Notes under the pieces: generated by a model | Database searches by the model: none | What the model saw: only the letters and a program-made list of their open reading frames with translations | Told to the model about the DNA's origin: nothing | Shown: positions 55,964-64,000 of the stretch, piece by piece | How the letters are laid out: each line of letters begins with the position of its first letter | Numbering within the stretch: the stretch's first letter is position 1 | Program-made: the position numbers and the translations under genes | DNA from: Turneriella sp. | Lineage (GTDB): Bacteria > Spirochaetota > Leptospiria > Turneriellales > Turneriellaceae | Assembly: GCA_965279515.1 (NCBI GenBank) | Contig: CBDIID010000003.1 | Span: 3,072,001-3,136,000 of the forward strand | Direction of reading: 5' to 3' | DNA: 64,000 nt

Positions 55964-57238
55964 ATGAAGGGCACGGTCGACGCCAATAACCGCAATTTTA
56001 CCAGCCTCCCCACGTCTGACGAAGTACGCTGGCTACCGGTGACACAACCCGGCGTGCGTGTGGGCGAGTTGCCTGACGGGCGCATGCGCATCAACCTGGG
56101 GCCATCCCACCCCGCGACACACGGCATTCTCGAAAACCATCTCATCTTGAACGGTGAGACTATCGAATCAGTCGAAATCTACACGGGCTATGTGCACCGC
56201 TGTTTTGAAAAACTCGGCGAGCATTACGGATACAACCAGTTCCTGGTCTGCACCGACCGCATGAACTATGTCTCCACGCCGATGAATAACATCGGCTGGA
56301 TTCTCGCCGTTGAGAGTATGATGGGCATTCAGGCTCCGCCGAAAGCACTGGTCGTGCGCATGATTATCTCTGAGCTCTCGCGTATCATCGACCACATCAT
56401 CTGCCTCGGCATTCTCGGCGTCGACCTCGGCGCCTTTGCTTCGTTCCTTTATATGTTCCACAAGCGCGAAGATATCTACCAGATTCTCGAGAAGATGACC
56501 GGCGCGCGCCTCACGAACACCTTCTGCCGCGTCGGCGGTCTTGAAAAAGATATCTATCCCGCATTTGTGGCGGATGTCAAAAAGTTCCTGAAGACTTTTC
56601 CGAAAGTGCTCAAGGAAACCGATACGCTGCTGACCAAGTCGCGCATCTTCTATGATCGCACGAAGGGCGTCGGCAAAATCTCGGGCGAGCGCGCGTTGGC
56701 CTATGGTTTTACCGGCCCCAACCTGCGCGCGGCGGGTGTCGACTATGATGTGCGCGTCTCGAACCCCTACATGTATTACGACCAGGTCGATTTTGACGTG
56801 CCAGTCGGGGACGACGGCAGCGTCTATGATCGCTACCTCGTGCGCCTCGAAGAGATGCGCCAGTCAATGCGTATCATTGAGCAGCTGGTGAATAATATTC
56901 CCGAGGGTGCCTGGCATGCAGATATCCCCCATGCATACCTGCCGGCGAAAGATAAGGTCTATACCTCGATGGAAGATCTCATCTATCACTTCAAAATTAT
57001 CATGCACGGCATTGAAGTGCCGACGGGCGAGCACTACTTCTCGACAGAAGCGGCGAATGGCGAGTTGGGTTTCACGATCGTCTCGCGCGGAAAAAAGAGC
57101 CCGTGGCGCGTACATGTGCGCAGGCCCTGTTTTTGGTATTATCAGGCTTTCCCGGAGATCGTGACGGGTGGCCTCTTGGCCGATGCGATCGCGAACATGA
57201 GTTCGCTGAACGTCATCGCGGGCGAACTGGACTGTTAA
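55964..57238 (+). CDS. nuoD: NADH-quinone oxidoreductase subunit D
   Basis: [41 protein letters not shown]; lacks the NiFe CxxC motifs. Confidence 0.92.
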   Translation: MKGTVDANNRNFTSLPTSDEVRWLPVTQPGVRVGELPDGRMRINLGPSHPATHGILENHLILNGETIESVEIYTGYVHRCFEKLGEHYGYNQFLVCTDRMNYVSTPMNNIGWILAVESMMGIQAPPKALVVRMIISELSRIIDHIICLGILGVDLGAFASFLYMFHKREDIYQILEKMTGARLTNTFCRVGGLEKDIYPAFVADVKKFLKTFPKVLKETDTLLTKSRIFYDRTKGVGKISGERALAYGFTGPNLRAAGVDYDVRVSNPYMYYDQVDFDVPVGDDGSVYDRYLVRLEEMRQSMRIIEQLVNNIPEGAWHADIPHAYLPAKDKVYTSMEDLIYHFKIIMHGIEVPTGEHYFSTEAANGELGFTIVSRGKKSPWRVHVRRPCFWYYQAFPEIVTGGLLADAIANMSSLNVIAGELDC

Positions 57239-57245
57239 AGACGCG

Positions 57246-57542
57246 ATGACCGCGCTCAATTTTTTGCGCGTTCTGGGTTACCTGGAAGGCATTTCGTTTC
57301 TTCTTCTCATGGGCATTGCCATGCCCCTAAAATATTTCTTCAGCCAACCGATGGCGGTGAGAGTTTTAGGTTCACTGCATGGGTTGCTTTTTGTCGCTTA
57401 TTGCGGTCTGGCGCTGGTGGTTTGTTTTAGGGAAAAGTGGTCCCTGAAACAGTTGATTTTGTGTTGGGTGCTTTCTTGCCTGCCGTTTGGAACATTCTGG
57501 TTTGACCGGAAATATCTCAGGGCAGCCGTAACGCACTCTTAG
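57246..57542 (+). CDS. DUF3817 membrane protein
   Basis: EGISFLLLMGIAMPLKY, HGLLF, LPFGTF. Confidence 0.85.
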   Translation: MTALNFLRVLGYLEGISFLLLMGIAMPLKYFFSQPMAVRVLGSLHGLLFVAYCGLALVVCFREKWSLKQLILCWVLSCLPFGTFWFDRKYLRAAVTHS

Positions 57543-57602
57543 CTTCACGCTTTCGTTTTTGTTATTTTGGCATGAAAAATTCCTATCCGGCGTATAGTTG
57601 CC

Positions 57603-58019
57603 GTGAAGAAACTTATCTTAATAACACTAATCTTATCTATTACCGGGCTTATCTGGTCAAATCAGGAGAAAGCGCAAGGCGCCGAAGTCCGGGCATATCT
57701 GGCGAAATGTAACCGACTTTTAGATAAGCATATCAATGCCCTGTCGGCGGCTGGTGATGCGAAACAAACAGCGTATGCGATGCAAAGTTATGCGAAAGAT
57801 ATGAAGCCAATGGTCCAGGTGAGCCGGGCCATGACAAAAAAGTATCCCCCAACCGCTGGTCAGAATAGAGAGATCCGGGCTGAAATGGCGGATATGAATT
57901 CAAAAGTCATTAAGATGAATGAACTTTTGGATGAAGCCAGGAAAAAATACGGTAAGGATAAACATTTCCAGAATGCGGAAAAGATCCTGGTGAATACCGG
58001 CCTTTTTGGCCGCGCCTGA
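57603..58019 (+). CDS. Hypothetical secreted helical protein
   Basis: Signal peptide. Confidence 0.65.
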   Translation: MKKLILITLILSITGLIWSNQEKAQGAEVRAYLAKCNRLLDKHINALSAAGDAKQTAYAMQSYAKDMKPMVQVSRAMTKKYPPTAGQNREIRAEMADMNSKVIKMNELLDEARKKYGKDKHFQNAEKILVNTGLFGRA

Positions 58020-58035
58020 CTTAACGGTTAATCTG

Positions 58036-58060
58036 AAAAGGGGAGTTGGGCTCCCCTGTT
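58036..58060. terminator. Probable intrinsic terminator between convergent genes
   Basis: AGGGGAG-ttggg-CTCCCCT stem with a short T-run on the - strand. Confidence 0.55.
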
Positions 58061-58074
58061 GTCAGCCGACGGAA

Positions 58075-58305
58075 TTACTTCGCGTTGCAGGCCGCTTTGG
58101 CCGATTCAAAAGTCTGATCTGCCTTTTTCCGGCAATCTTTCTTTTCGGCTCCCTTTAATTTCATGCAAGCTTTGGAATCCGCGCCCTTTTTGCCGCGGGC
58201 TGAAGCCAGGCATTTTTTTGGGTCGGCTTTCGCTTCTGCCGTAACCGACGAAACTGCAAAGATGGTTACCATTGCCAGGATAAGTGAGAGTGAAATTTTT
58301 TTCAT
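58075..58305 (-). CDS. Small secreted Lys/Ala/Cys-rich protein
   Basis: GGAG RBS, signal peptide, four Cys. Confidence 0.7.
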   Translation of the reverse strand: MKKISLSLILAMVTIFAVSSVTAEAKADPKKCLASARGKKGADSKACMKLKGAEKKDCRKKADQTFESAKAACNAK

Positions 58306-58396
58306 GTTGTTCTCCGTTTTGAGGATATCTTGGAAAATACCCTGTGCATGGTACGTTCGGAAGAAATAAACCGGCCGTCGGAAATCCGGCAAAAAG

Positions 58397-59260
58397 TCAC
58401 ATCGAGGCGATGAGATTTTTCAGATCCATTTTTGTTTTCTCTGCACCTTCCCCGATGTAGCGCCGCCCATGCCCCGGGTACACGCGGGAAAAGTCGAAGC
58501 TCAAAAGCCGCTCGTTTGACTTTTTGACCTCTACCCACGAATACCAGCAGGCGTCGCGGAACGAGGTTAATCCCCCCGACCGGCCAGCGGCGAGATGATC
58601 GCCCGTAAAGAGCACTGCATTCTTGTAGAGCAGGCACATGCTGCCGCGCGTGTGCCCGGGCGTTGGTATGATTGTGAGGTCATGCTCCAGGGGGATGGCC
58701 GTATTTGCTGAAACCGGTTTTTCAATACCAAGGGGCATCCGCTCCGCGTCGTGCATGATGCGTTCGGCACCAAAATGCGTGGCAAATTTTTCGTGCCCGG
58801 CGATATCGTCGATGTGGGAAAGAAATATGTAGCGTACGCCGCCCAGTTTTTCGATGCCCTGAATGAGTTTTGGGTAAAAGCGCGGTATATCGATGAGCAC
58901 ATTGCCTTCAGGCCTGCATATGAGATAGCTCGCCGCGCCGAAGGTGTCTTCGTGGGCAAAACCGCAGAAGTAAACATTTTCTTCGAGGGGGATCGGAAAA
59001 GAGGCTAAGACTTCGCCCGAAAGCGGATCCTTTTCCCGCTGCCCGATAGCATGCACGGGACAGGAGTGCAGCGCTTCGAGCGTCAGGCGGCGTTCAGTTT
59101 CGTTTGTTGGTTGCGTGGCAACATAGGCGTGATCCGTCGTATCAGTGAAAAGATTCGGCGCATGTGCATAACAGGTGCCGCAGTCGATGCAGCGGTCATC
59201 GACGAAAACGTTGCCGGGTACATTTTCGGCGAAAATAGCATGGTTCGGATTAAAGGCGAT
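58397..59260 (-). CDS. Ferredoxin + MBL-fold metallo-hydrolase; start codon unresolved
   Basis: The frame stays open upstream of the tracked ORF and encodes ENVPGNVFVDDRCIDCGTC...SCPVHAIG, followed by SHIDDIAGH, PGHTRGS, FTGDH, PGHG. Confidence 0.8.
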   Translation of the reverse strand: MAFNPNHAIFAENVPGNVFVDDRCIDCGTCYAHAPNLFTDTTDHAYVATQPTNETERRLTLEALHSCPVHAIGQREKDPLSGEVLASFPIPLEENVYFCGFAHEDTFGAASYLICRPEGNVLIDIPRFYPKLIQGIEKLGGVRYIFLSHIDDIAGHEKFATHFGAERIMHDAERMPLGIEKPVSANTAIPLEHDLTIIPTPGHTRGSMCLLYKNAVLFTGDHLAAGRSGGLTSFRDACWYSWVEVKKSNERLLSFDFSRVYPGHGRRYIGEGAEKTKMDLKNLIASM

Positions 59261-59282
59261 AGTTAAATTTACGAAATAATCA

Positions 59283-59309
59283 GTAGAGACGCAAAATTTT
59301 GCGTCTCTA
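59283..59309. repeat. GTAG-type REP-like perfect palindrome
   Basis: G-TAGAGACGCAAAATTTTGCGTCTCTA, a 26-bp perfect palindrome 2 nt after the murE stop. Confidence 0.7.
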
Positions 59310-59311
59310 TG

Positions 59312-60853
59312 CTATTTAATCTTCAACGTTCCCATCAGTTTCAACGCCACGTCGCGGTCTGAAAAATGCAGCGTCTTATTGCCGATAATCTGGTAATCCT
59401 CATGGCCCTTGCCGGCAATGACAAGTACCTGCCGCGGCCCTAAAATCTGTAAGCCCGCGCGGATCGCCTTCTCACGGTCGGCGATGACGAGGTAGCGCGC
59501 GGTTTTCAGGCCCTTGCGCATGTCTTCAATAATGTTCTTCGGGTCTTCGCTGCGTGGATTGTCGTTGGTGAGAATACACAGGTCGGCGTGCAGACTGCCG
59601 ATCTCGGCCATTTGCGGCCGCTTCTCTTTGTCGCGGTCGCCGCCGCAGCCGAAGAGGCCGATGACGCGGGCGGGCGTCAGCTCCTGTGCGGTTTCAAGAA
59701 CTTTTGCCAGCGCATCGGGTGAATGTGCATAATCGATGATGATCGTGCGCTGCTCTTTGCCGCGCAGCACCTCGAAGCGGCCGGGTACCGGCTCGACCTG
59801 GTTGATCGCTGCCAGCGCCTCTTCGGTACCGAAACCGAGGCAGAGCAGGGCAAGAAAACTGGCGCTCAGATTCATCAGGTTGAAACGCCCGAGGAGCTTT
59901 GTTTTAATAAAATAACTTTTCTGTGCGAACACCAGTACGCAGCTATAACCATCGAAGGTCGCTTCGACGTCGGTGACGAGTGCGTCGGCAGATTTTTCCC
60001 TGAGGCTGAGTGCTATCACCGGGAAAGTCGGGTTCTGGCTTTTCAGCCAGGCATGCAGCCTTTTGCCATAGTCGTCGTCGATGCAGATAACGGCGCCCTT
60101 CGATGATTCCGCATTCTTGCGCGAGGCGAGCAGCATGTATTCGAACAGGCGACGCTTTGCGCGGTAATACGCGTCCATATTCTTATGGTAATCGAGATGG
60201 TCCTGCGTCAAATTAGTGAAGATGCCAATCTGGAAGTTGATGCCTTCGAGGCGGCCCTGCGCGAGGCCATGCGAGCTCGTTTCAATGCAGGCATAGAGGG
60301 CTTTCTGTTTTTGCCCCTGGTGCAGCATCCCTTGTAGAGCGACCGTGTCTGGCGTCGTCATGCCTGTCTGGGTCTGGTGCCGTGTGACTTCCATGCCCAA
60401 TGTGCCGATATACATCGACGGTTTTTTGAGTTGGTTCAGTGCCTGGTAGATGGAGTGGGCGACGGTCGTCTTGCCGTTCGTGCCCGTAACACCCACCGAT
60501 GCCATGTAGCGCGTGGGTTCGCCGAAGAAGAACGAGATCGTTCTGCCGGCCGCGCGGAGAAAATCGGGCGTAAAAAATATCGGCAGGTTCTTATTGTAGC
60601 GCGCATCGCTGAGAATCTCTTCTTTGTATTCGCGGTCGACAAAAACCGCCACGGCGTGCTTATCGAAGGCATCCCAGATGAAATCCTTGCCTTTGAAGTT
60701 CAGACCGTCATAGGCGAAAAAGGCTGCCCCGCGCTTCACCTCGCGGCTGTCTTGTGTGACGTATTTGATCTCGACGCGGTCTTCGACGCCAAAGGCTTCC
60801 CAGCCGAGAAATTCCCAGATCGCGCGGGTGAAGTCGTTGGCTACGGCTTTCAT
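59312..60853 (-). CDS. murE: UDP-MurNAc-dipeptide--meso-DAP ligase
   Basis: DSR, GVTGTNGKTT, TTPD, ETSSH, NLTQDHLDYH, DYAH, DNPR (DAP-type), AGKGHE. Confidence 0.95.
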   Translation of the reverse strand: MKAVANDFTRAIWEFLGWEAFGVEDRVEIKYVTQDSREVKRGAAFFAYDGLNFKGKDFIWDAFDKHAVAVFVDREYKEEILSDARYNKNLPIFFTPDFLRAAGRTISFFFGEPTRYMASVGVTGTNGKTTVAHSIYQALNQLKKPSMYIGTLGMEVTRHQTQTGMTTPDTVALQGMLHQGQKQKALYACIETSSHGLAQGRLEGINFQIGIFTNLTQDHLDYHKNMDAYYRAKRRLFEYMLLASRKNAESSKGAVICIDDDYGKRLHAWLKSQNPTFPVIALSLREKSADALVTDVEATFDGYSCVLVFAQKSYFIKTKLLGRFNLMNLSASFLALLCLGFGTEEALAAINQVEPVPGRFEVLRGKEQRTIIIDYAHSPDALAKVLETAQELTPARVIGLFGCGGDRDKEKRPQMAEIGSLHADLCILTNDNPRSEDPKNIIEDMRKGLKTARYLVIADREKAIRAGLQILGPRQVLVIAGKGHEDYQIIGNKTLHFSDRDVALKLMGTLKIK

Positions 60854-60919
60854 TCAGGAAACAGGGCATACGCTGCCCCGTTCAGAGTCGCAAATGCCCT
60901 TCGTAGCGAAAACAGAAAA

Positions 60920-62959
60920 TCACAGTAATGCAGCGAATTCGGTCTCGGTCAGCACCTTGACACCCAGTTCTTTGGCTTTTTGCGCCTTGCTGCCGGCGTC
61001 CGCGCCAACCACGACAAAATCGGTCTTTTTGCTGACCGACGACGCCGCGCGCCCGCCCCGGGCCTTGACTTCGGCCTCCGCGCCCTCGCGGGTGAATTTC
61101 AGGAGCGAACCTGTGAAAACAAAGGTTTTGCCTGCGAAATCATCGGAGACCCGGGTGTTTTCCGCCTTAAGGATAACGACGTTGTTTGCCAAAAGTTTCT
61201 TCAAGCGCTGTTGGTTAACTTTGTCGGAGAACCACTGCGAAACGGACTCTGCCGTACCAGGGCCGATTTCGTGGACTGCGGTGAGCTCTTCTTCGCTGGC
61301 GGCGGCCAGGGCTTCGGGCGAAGCGAAGTGTTCGGCCAGGACAGAAGCAATGTGCTCGCCGACATTGGGAATCCCCACCGCGGTGAGAAGTTTTGCGAAC
61401 GGAATCTTACGCCGCGCGTCGATCGATTTGAGAATCTTGCGGGCAAGAATTTCACCCATGCCTTCGAAGGTCATGAGGTCGTCCTGTGTTAATGCGAAGA
61501 GGTCGGCATAGTCTTTGACCTTTTTATTTTTCAGTAGCTTGGCTACCCACTCGGCGCCTAAAAATTCGATGTCGAGGCCATTCTTTGAAACAAAAAATTG
61601 CAAAAATGCTTCATTCATCTCAGGGCAGGCAGGATTCACACAGCGGAAAAATACATCTTCGCGGATGAGTTTTTTGCCGCACGAGGGGCAGGCCGTGACG
61701 AATTTAATCGGCTTGGCTTTTTTCTTACGCTCTGTGGGTTTGGCGGCGACAACCTTGGGTATGACATCGCCCGAGCGCACAACTTCGACCATATCGCCTT
61801 CATGCAGGTCGAGGCGTTCGATTTCATCGGCGTTGTGTAATGACGCGCGCGACACCATGACACCGCCGAGGTTTATGGGCGTCAGCTCCGCGACGGGGGT
61901 GATGACGCCGGTGCGGCCGACCTGGTAAGCGACGCGTTCCAGTTTTGTGACACCCGCGCGCGCAGGAAACTTCAGCGCAATCGCCCAGCGCGGGGCCTTT
62001 GTCGTGGCGCCGAAATTTTCCCATTCGGTGGTGTCGTTGAGTTTGATGACAAGGCCGTCGAGATCGTATTCCAGGGAGGAACGCGTTGCCGTCATCTTAT
62101 CGTAATACTTTTCAATGGTATCGATATCCGCAACGAGATGGTAATCCGAGGTTTTGAAGCCCAGGGCCGGCAGCACTTTTTTCCAGATAGCATCTTGTGT
62201 GCGCATATCTTTAACGAAGCGCTTTTTTGCATCTTTGATTTTCGCGAGAGTATATGGGAAGAATGAAAGATATTTGTCCTTCGCTTCTTTTGAGTCTTGC
62301 TGTCGCAGCGCCCCCGCAGCGGTGTTGCGCGGGTTGGCGAACAGCTTCTTGCCTTCCTTTGCCTGCCTGTCGTTCAGCTTCTGGAAATCTTTAAGCTTGA
62401 TGATAACTTCGCCGCGGATCGTGACGGTATCGGGCGGATTGTCGATCATCAGGCGCAGTGGAATATTCGAAACCGTGCGCACATTGTGCGTGATATCCTC
62501 GCCGATTTCGCCATTGCCCCGCGTCGAACCGACGGTCAGAACACCCTTTTCATAGACAAGGTCGATCGCCAGACCGTCGAATTTGGGTTCCACATGGTAG
62601 ATGGGTTTCGGAATGCCGGCTTTGACAAGGCGGTCATGGAAGGCGCGCAGCTCGGCCACATCCATAGCATTGTCTAAACTCATCATCGGCGGGTCGTGTT
62701 TGACTTCGGCGAAATCTTCGCGCACTTCGCCACCCACCTTGAGCGACGGCGAATCGGGCGTAACCCATTTCGGATTCGGCGCTTCGACTTCCTTGAGAAG
62801 CCGCATGAGATCGTCGTATTCCGCGTCCGAAATCTCGGGCTCGTCGTCGAGGTAATACGCGCGGTTGTGGCGGTAAAGTTCATCGACGAGCGCCTGATAG
62901 TCCTTGCGGGTAAAATCTTTCGCGCCTTTGAAGCTCCCGCTTTTTTTAGCCTTAGCCAT
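60920..62959 (-). CDS. ligA: NAD-dependent DNA ligase
   Basis: EPKFDG, TRGNG, NPRN.AAG, DGLVIK, Zn finger, HhH and BRCT domains. Confidence 0.97.
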   Translation of the reverse strand: MAKAKKSGSFKGAKDFTRKDYQALVDELYRHNRAYYLDDEPEISDAEYDDLMRLLKEVEAPNPKWVTPDSPSLKVGGEVREDFAEVKHDPPMMSLDNAMDVAELRAFHDRLVKAGIPKPIYHVEPKFDGLAIDLVYEKGVLTVGSTRGNGEIGEDITHNVRTVSNIPLRLMIDNPPDTVTIRGEVIIKLKDFQKLNDRQAKEGKKLFANPRNTAAGALRQQDSKEAKDKYLSFFPYTLAKIKDAKKRFVKDMRTQDAIWKKVLPALGFKTSDYHLVADIDTIEKYYDKMTATRSSLEYDLDGLVIKLNDTTEWENFGATTKAPRWAIALKFPARAGVTKLERVAYQVGRTGVITPVAELTPINLGGVMVSRASLHNADEIERLDLHEGDMVEVVRSGDVIPKVVAAKPTERKKKAKPIKFVTACPSCGKKLIREDVFFRCVNPACPEMNEAFLQFFVSKNGLDIEFLGAEWVAKLLKNKKVKDYADLFALTQDDLMTFEGMGEILARKILKSIDARRKIPFAKLLTAVGIPNVGEHIASVLAEHFASPEALAAASEEELTAVHEIGPGTAESVSQWFSDKVNQQRLKKLLANNVVILKAENTRVSDDFAGKTFVFTGSLLKFTREGAEAEVKARGGRAASSVSKKTDFVVVGADAGSKAQKAKELGVKVLTETEFAALL

Positions 62960-63728
62960 GACTCGTTACCTTCCCGGCGCTATAGACATTCACTTCCGAG
63001 CCCTCGGCAAGCAAAACCGAATGCGGTACGCGGCCTTTGAGAAAGCCCCACGGCTCGCCATAGACGGCTTTAAAGTCTATGTCGATCTTGTACTCGCGCA
63101 CCGCAAAGGTGCGCCATGAAGGGTGTTCGACCCGGTATTCGAGAGTCGTCTTGCCCTTTGTGTAGCCGTAGTAGTGTTCAGTGATAAAGTCCTCAAGGCT
63201 GCCGGGTTTGATGGCTTTGGGATGGATATCGGTGGAGCAGGCCAATTTCTGCAATTGCCCCTTTTCCACAAAGGTGTATTCCGCCTTGAGTTTGTCGTCA
63301 GAGACTACCACGCGTTGGGACATCCGCCGTGTCTTATAATGTTCATTAAAAAGGGTATTAGCAACAAGAGTGATGGCATGGCGCGGCACAATTTCGGTGA
63401 TGAAACTAACGCCGCGGCGCAGCTCGCCGTTTACCGACGGAACAGGATGTTCTGAGGTTTGCGCCGGCATGGATGCCGTCGGTGCGCCAACTGTGCGCTT
63501 CAGGTAAAACCGCAGATTAATTTCGGGAAAATTCACGTGCCAGGGAATGCGAAAGCCTTTCACCCGTGTATCGAGAAACTGAAAGGCGACGAGGGATACG
63601 AGGCATTCGCCGTTAAAGATGTCGAGTTCCGTGTGTTCGGGCACCAGCGGGGCGAGCAGTGCGGGGTCGACAGCATAATTGGCCATCAACAGGTTTTTCC
63701 AGCGTGCGGAGAGGAACGGCTTGCCCAT
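62952..63728 (-). CDS. DUF2071/YqjF family protein with an internal insertion
   Basis: FLSARWKNLLMANY, FPEINLRFY, RRGVSFITEIVP, FITEHYYGY, EYRVEHP.W. Confidence 0.88.
   Translation of the reverse strand: MGKPFLSARWKNLLMANYAVDPALLAPLVPEHTELDIFNGECLVSLVAFQFLDTRVKGFRIPWHVNFPEINLRFYLKRTVGAPTASMPAQTSEHPVPSVNGELRRGVSFITEIVPRHAITLVANTLFNEHYKTRRMSQRVVVSDDKLKAEYTFVEKGQLQKLACSTDIHPKAIKPGSLEDFITEHYYGYTKGKTTLEYRVEHPSWRTFAVREYKIDIDFKAVYGEPWGFLKGRVPHSVLLAEGSEVNVYSAGKVTSHG
63433..63483. repeat. Intragenic palindromic element with two GGA-loop hairpins
   Basis: ACCGACGG...CCGTCGGT terminal inverted repeat; GAACA-GGA-TGTTC and CGGCA-TGGA-TGCCG hairpins. Confidence 0.65.
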
Positions 63729-63753
63729 AACGGATGCCGATCACAGACGGCGC

Positions 63754-64000
63754 TTAGAATAAGGCGTAAAGCAAGGCTTCGATTTCTTTGATGTCACCCG
63801 AGTTTTTCGGCAGCACGTATTCTTTCTGGTCGCCTTTTACCGACTTGATGATCAGGGCCGTGCCGCGCTCGCGGTTCGAGGAGATCTTTCTTTTGATCGC
63901 CTTATCCATGCGCGCCAGCAGCTTGTCGAAATTGTCTTTGCTGACGCGCCGCGTTGCCGGTTCGCCGCCGCTGTAGCTGCCCGACTTGGTGGTCTTTTTG
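63754..64000 (-). CDS. 3' end of a hypothetical gene entering from the right edge
   Basis: Manual translation ...SGSYSGGEPATRR...IEALLYALF followed by TAA at 63754-63756. Confidence 0.6.
   Translation of the reverse strand, partial: KKTTKSGSYSGGEPATRRVSKDNFDKLLARMDKAIKRKISSNRERGTALIIKSVKGDQKEYVLPKNSGDIKEIEALLYALF

Noticed and set aside
55964..57238. [NiFe]-hydrogenase large subunit
   Set aside because: Lacks the two CxxC Ni-binding motifs and has the NuoD DRxxY motif.
1..64000. tRNA, rRNA, riboswitch or prophage
   Set aside because: No cloverleaf or rRNA-like segment was seen in the short intergenic gaps and there are no phage genes. Small RNAs cannot be excluded without an Infernal search.

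Overview
Bacterial chromosomal window of roughly 60 genes in a GC-rich backbone. The gene content (DUF1577-like protein, several class III adenylate cyclases, FecR plus alginate-export barrel, spirochaete-type lipoproteins) suggests Leptospiraceae such as Turneriella; this is an inference. Recognisable housekeeping genes are msrB, msrA, an ABC-F ATPase, rarA, nuoD, murE and ligA, plus a dispersed peptidoglycan-salvage set (SSS symporter, NamZ-, MurU-, AmgK- and NagX-like). The standout is an AT-rich island at about 38.0-46.2 kb. It holds 15 co-oriented (+) ORFs, including a nucleotide-cyclase-like protein, GNAT, TPR, small Zn-motif proteins, YefM-YoeB and BrnT-BrnA. These are split into 1-3 gene units by 10 degenerate direct copies of a ~50-bp G-rich repeat (consensus GATCGTAGTTTACCGGCCACGGGGTGTGGGCGCGGGTGGAATTGGCGGGGG). 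The repeat is neither a canonical attC nor a CRISPR repeat, and no integrase is visible in the window. Its first copy contains the start codon of a small backbone gene on the opposite strand. It is a candidate undescribed gene-cassette array or serial-integration system. No rRNA, tRNA or CRISPR array was seen. All family calls are from motif recognition by eye, not database searches.
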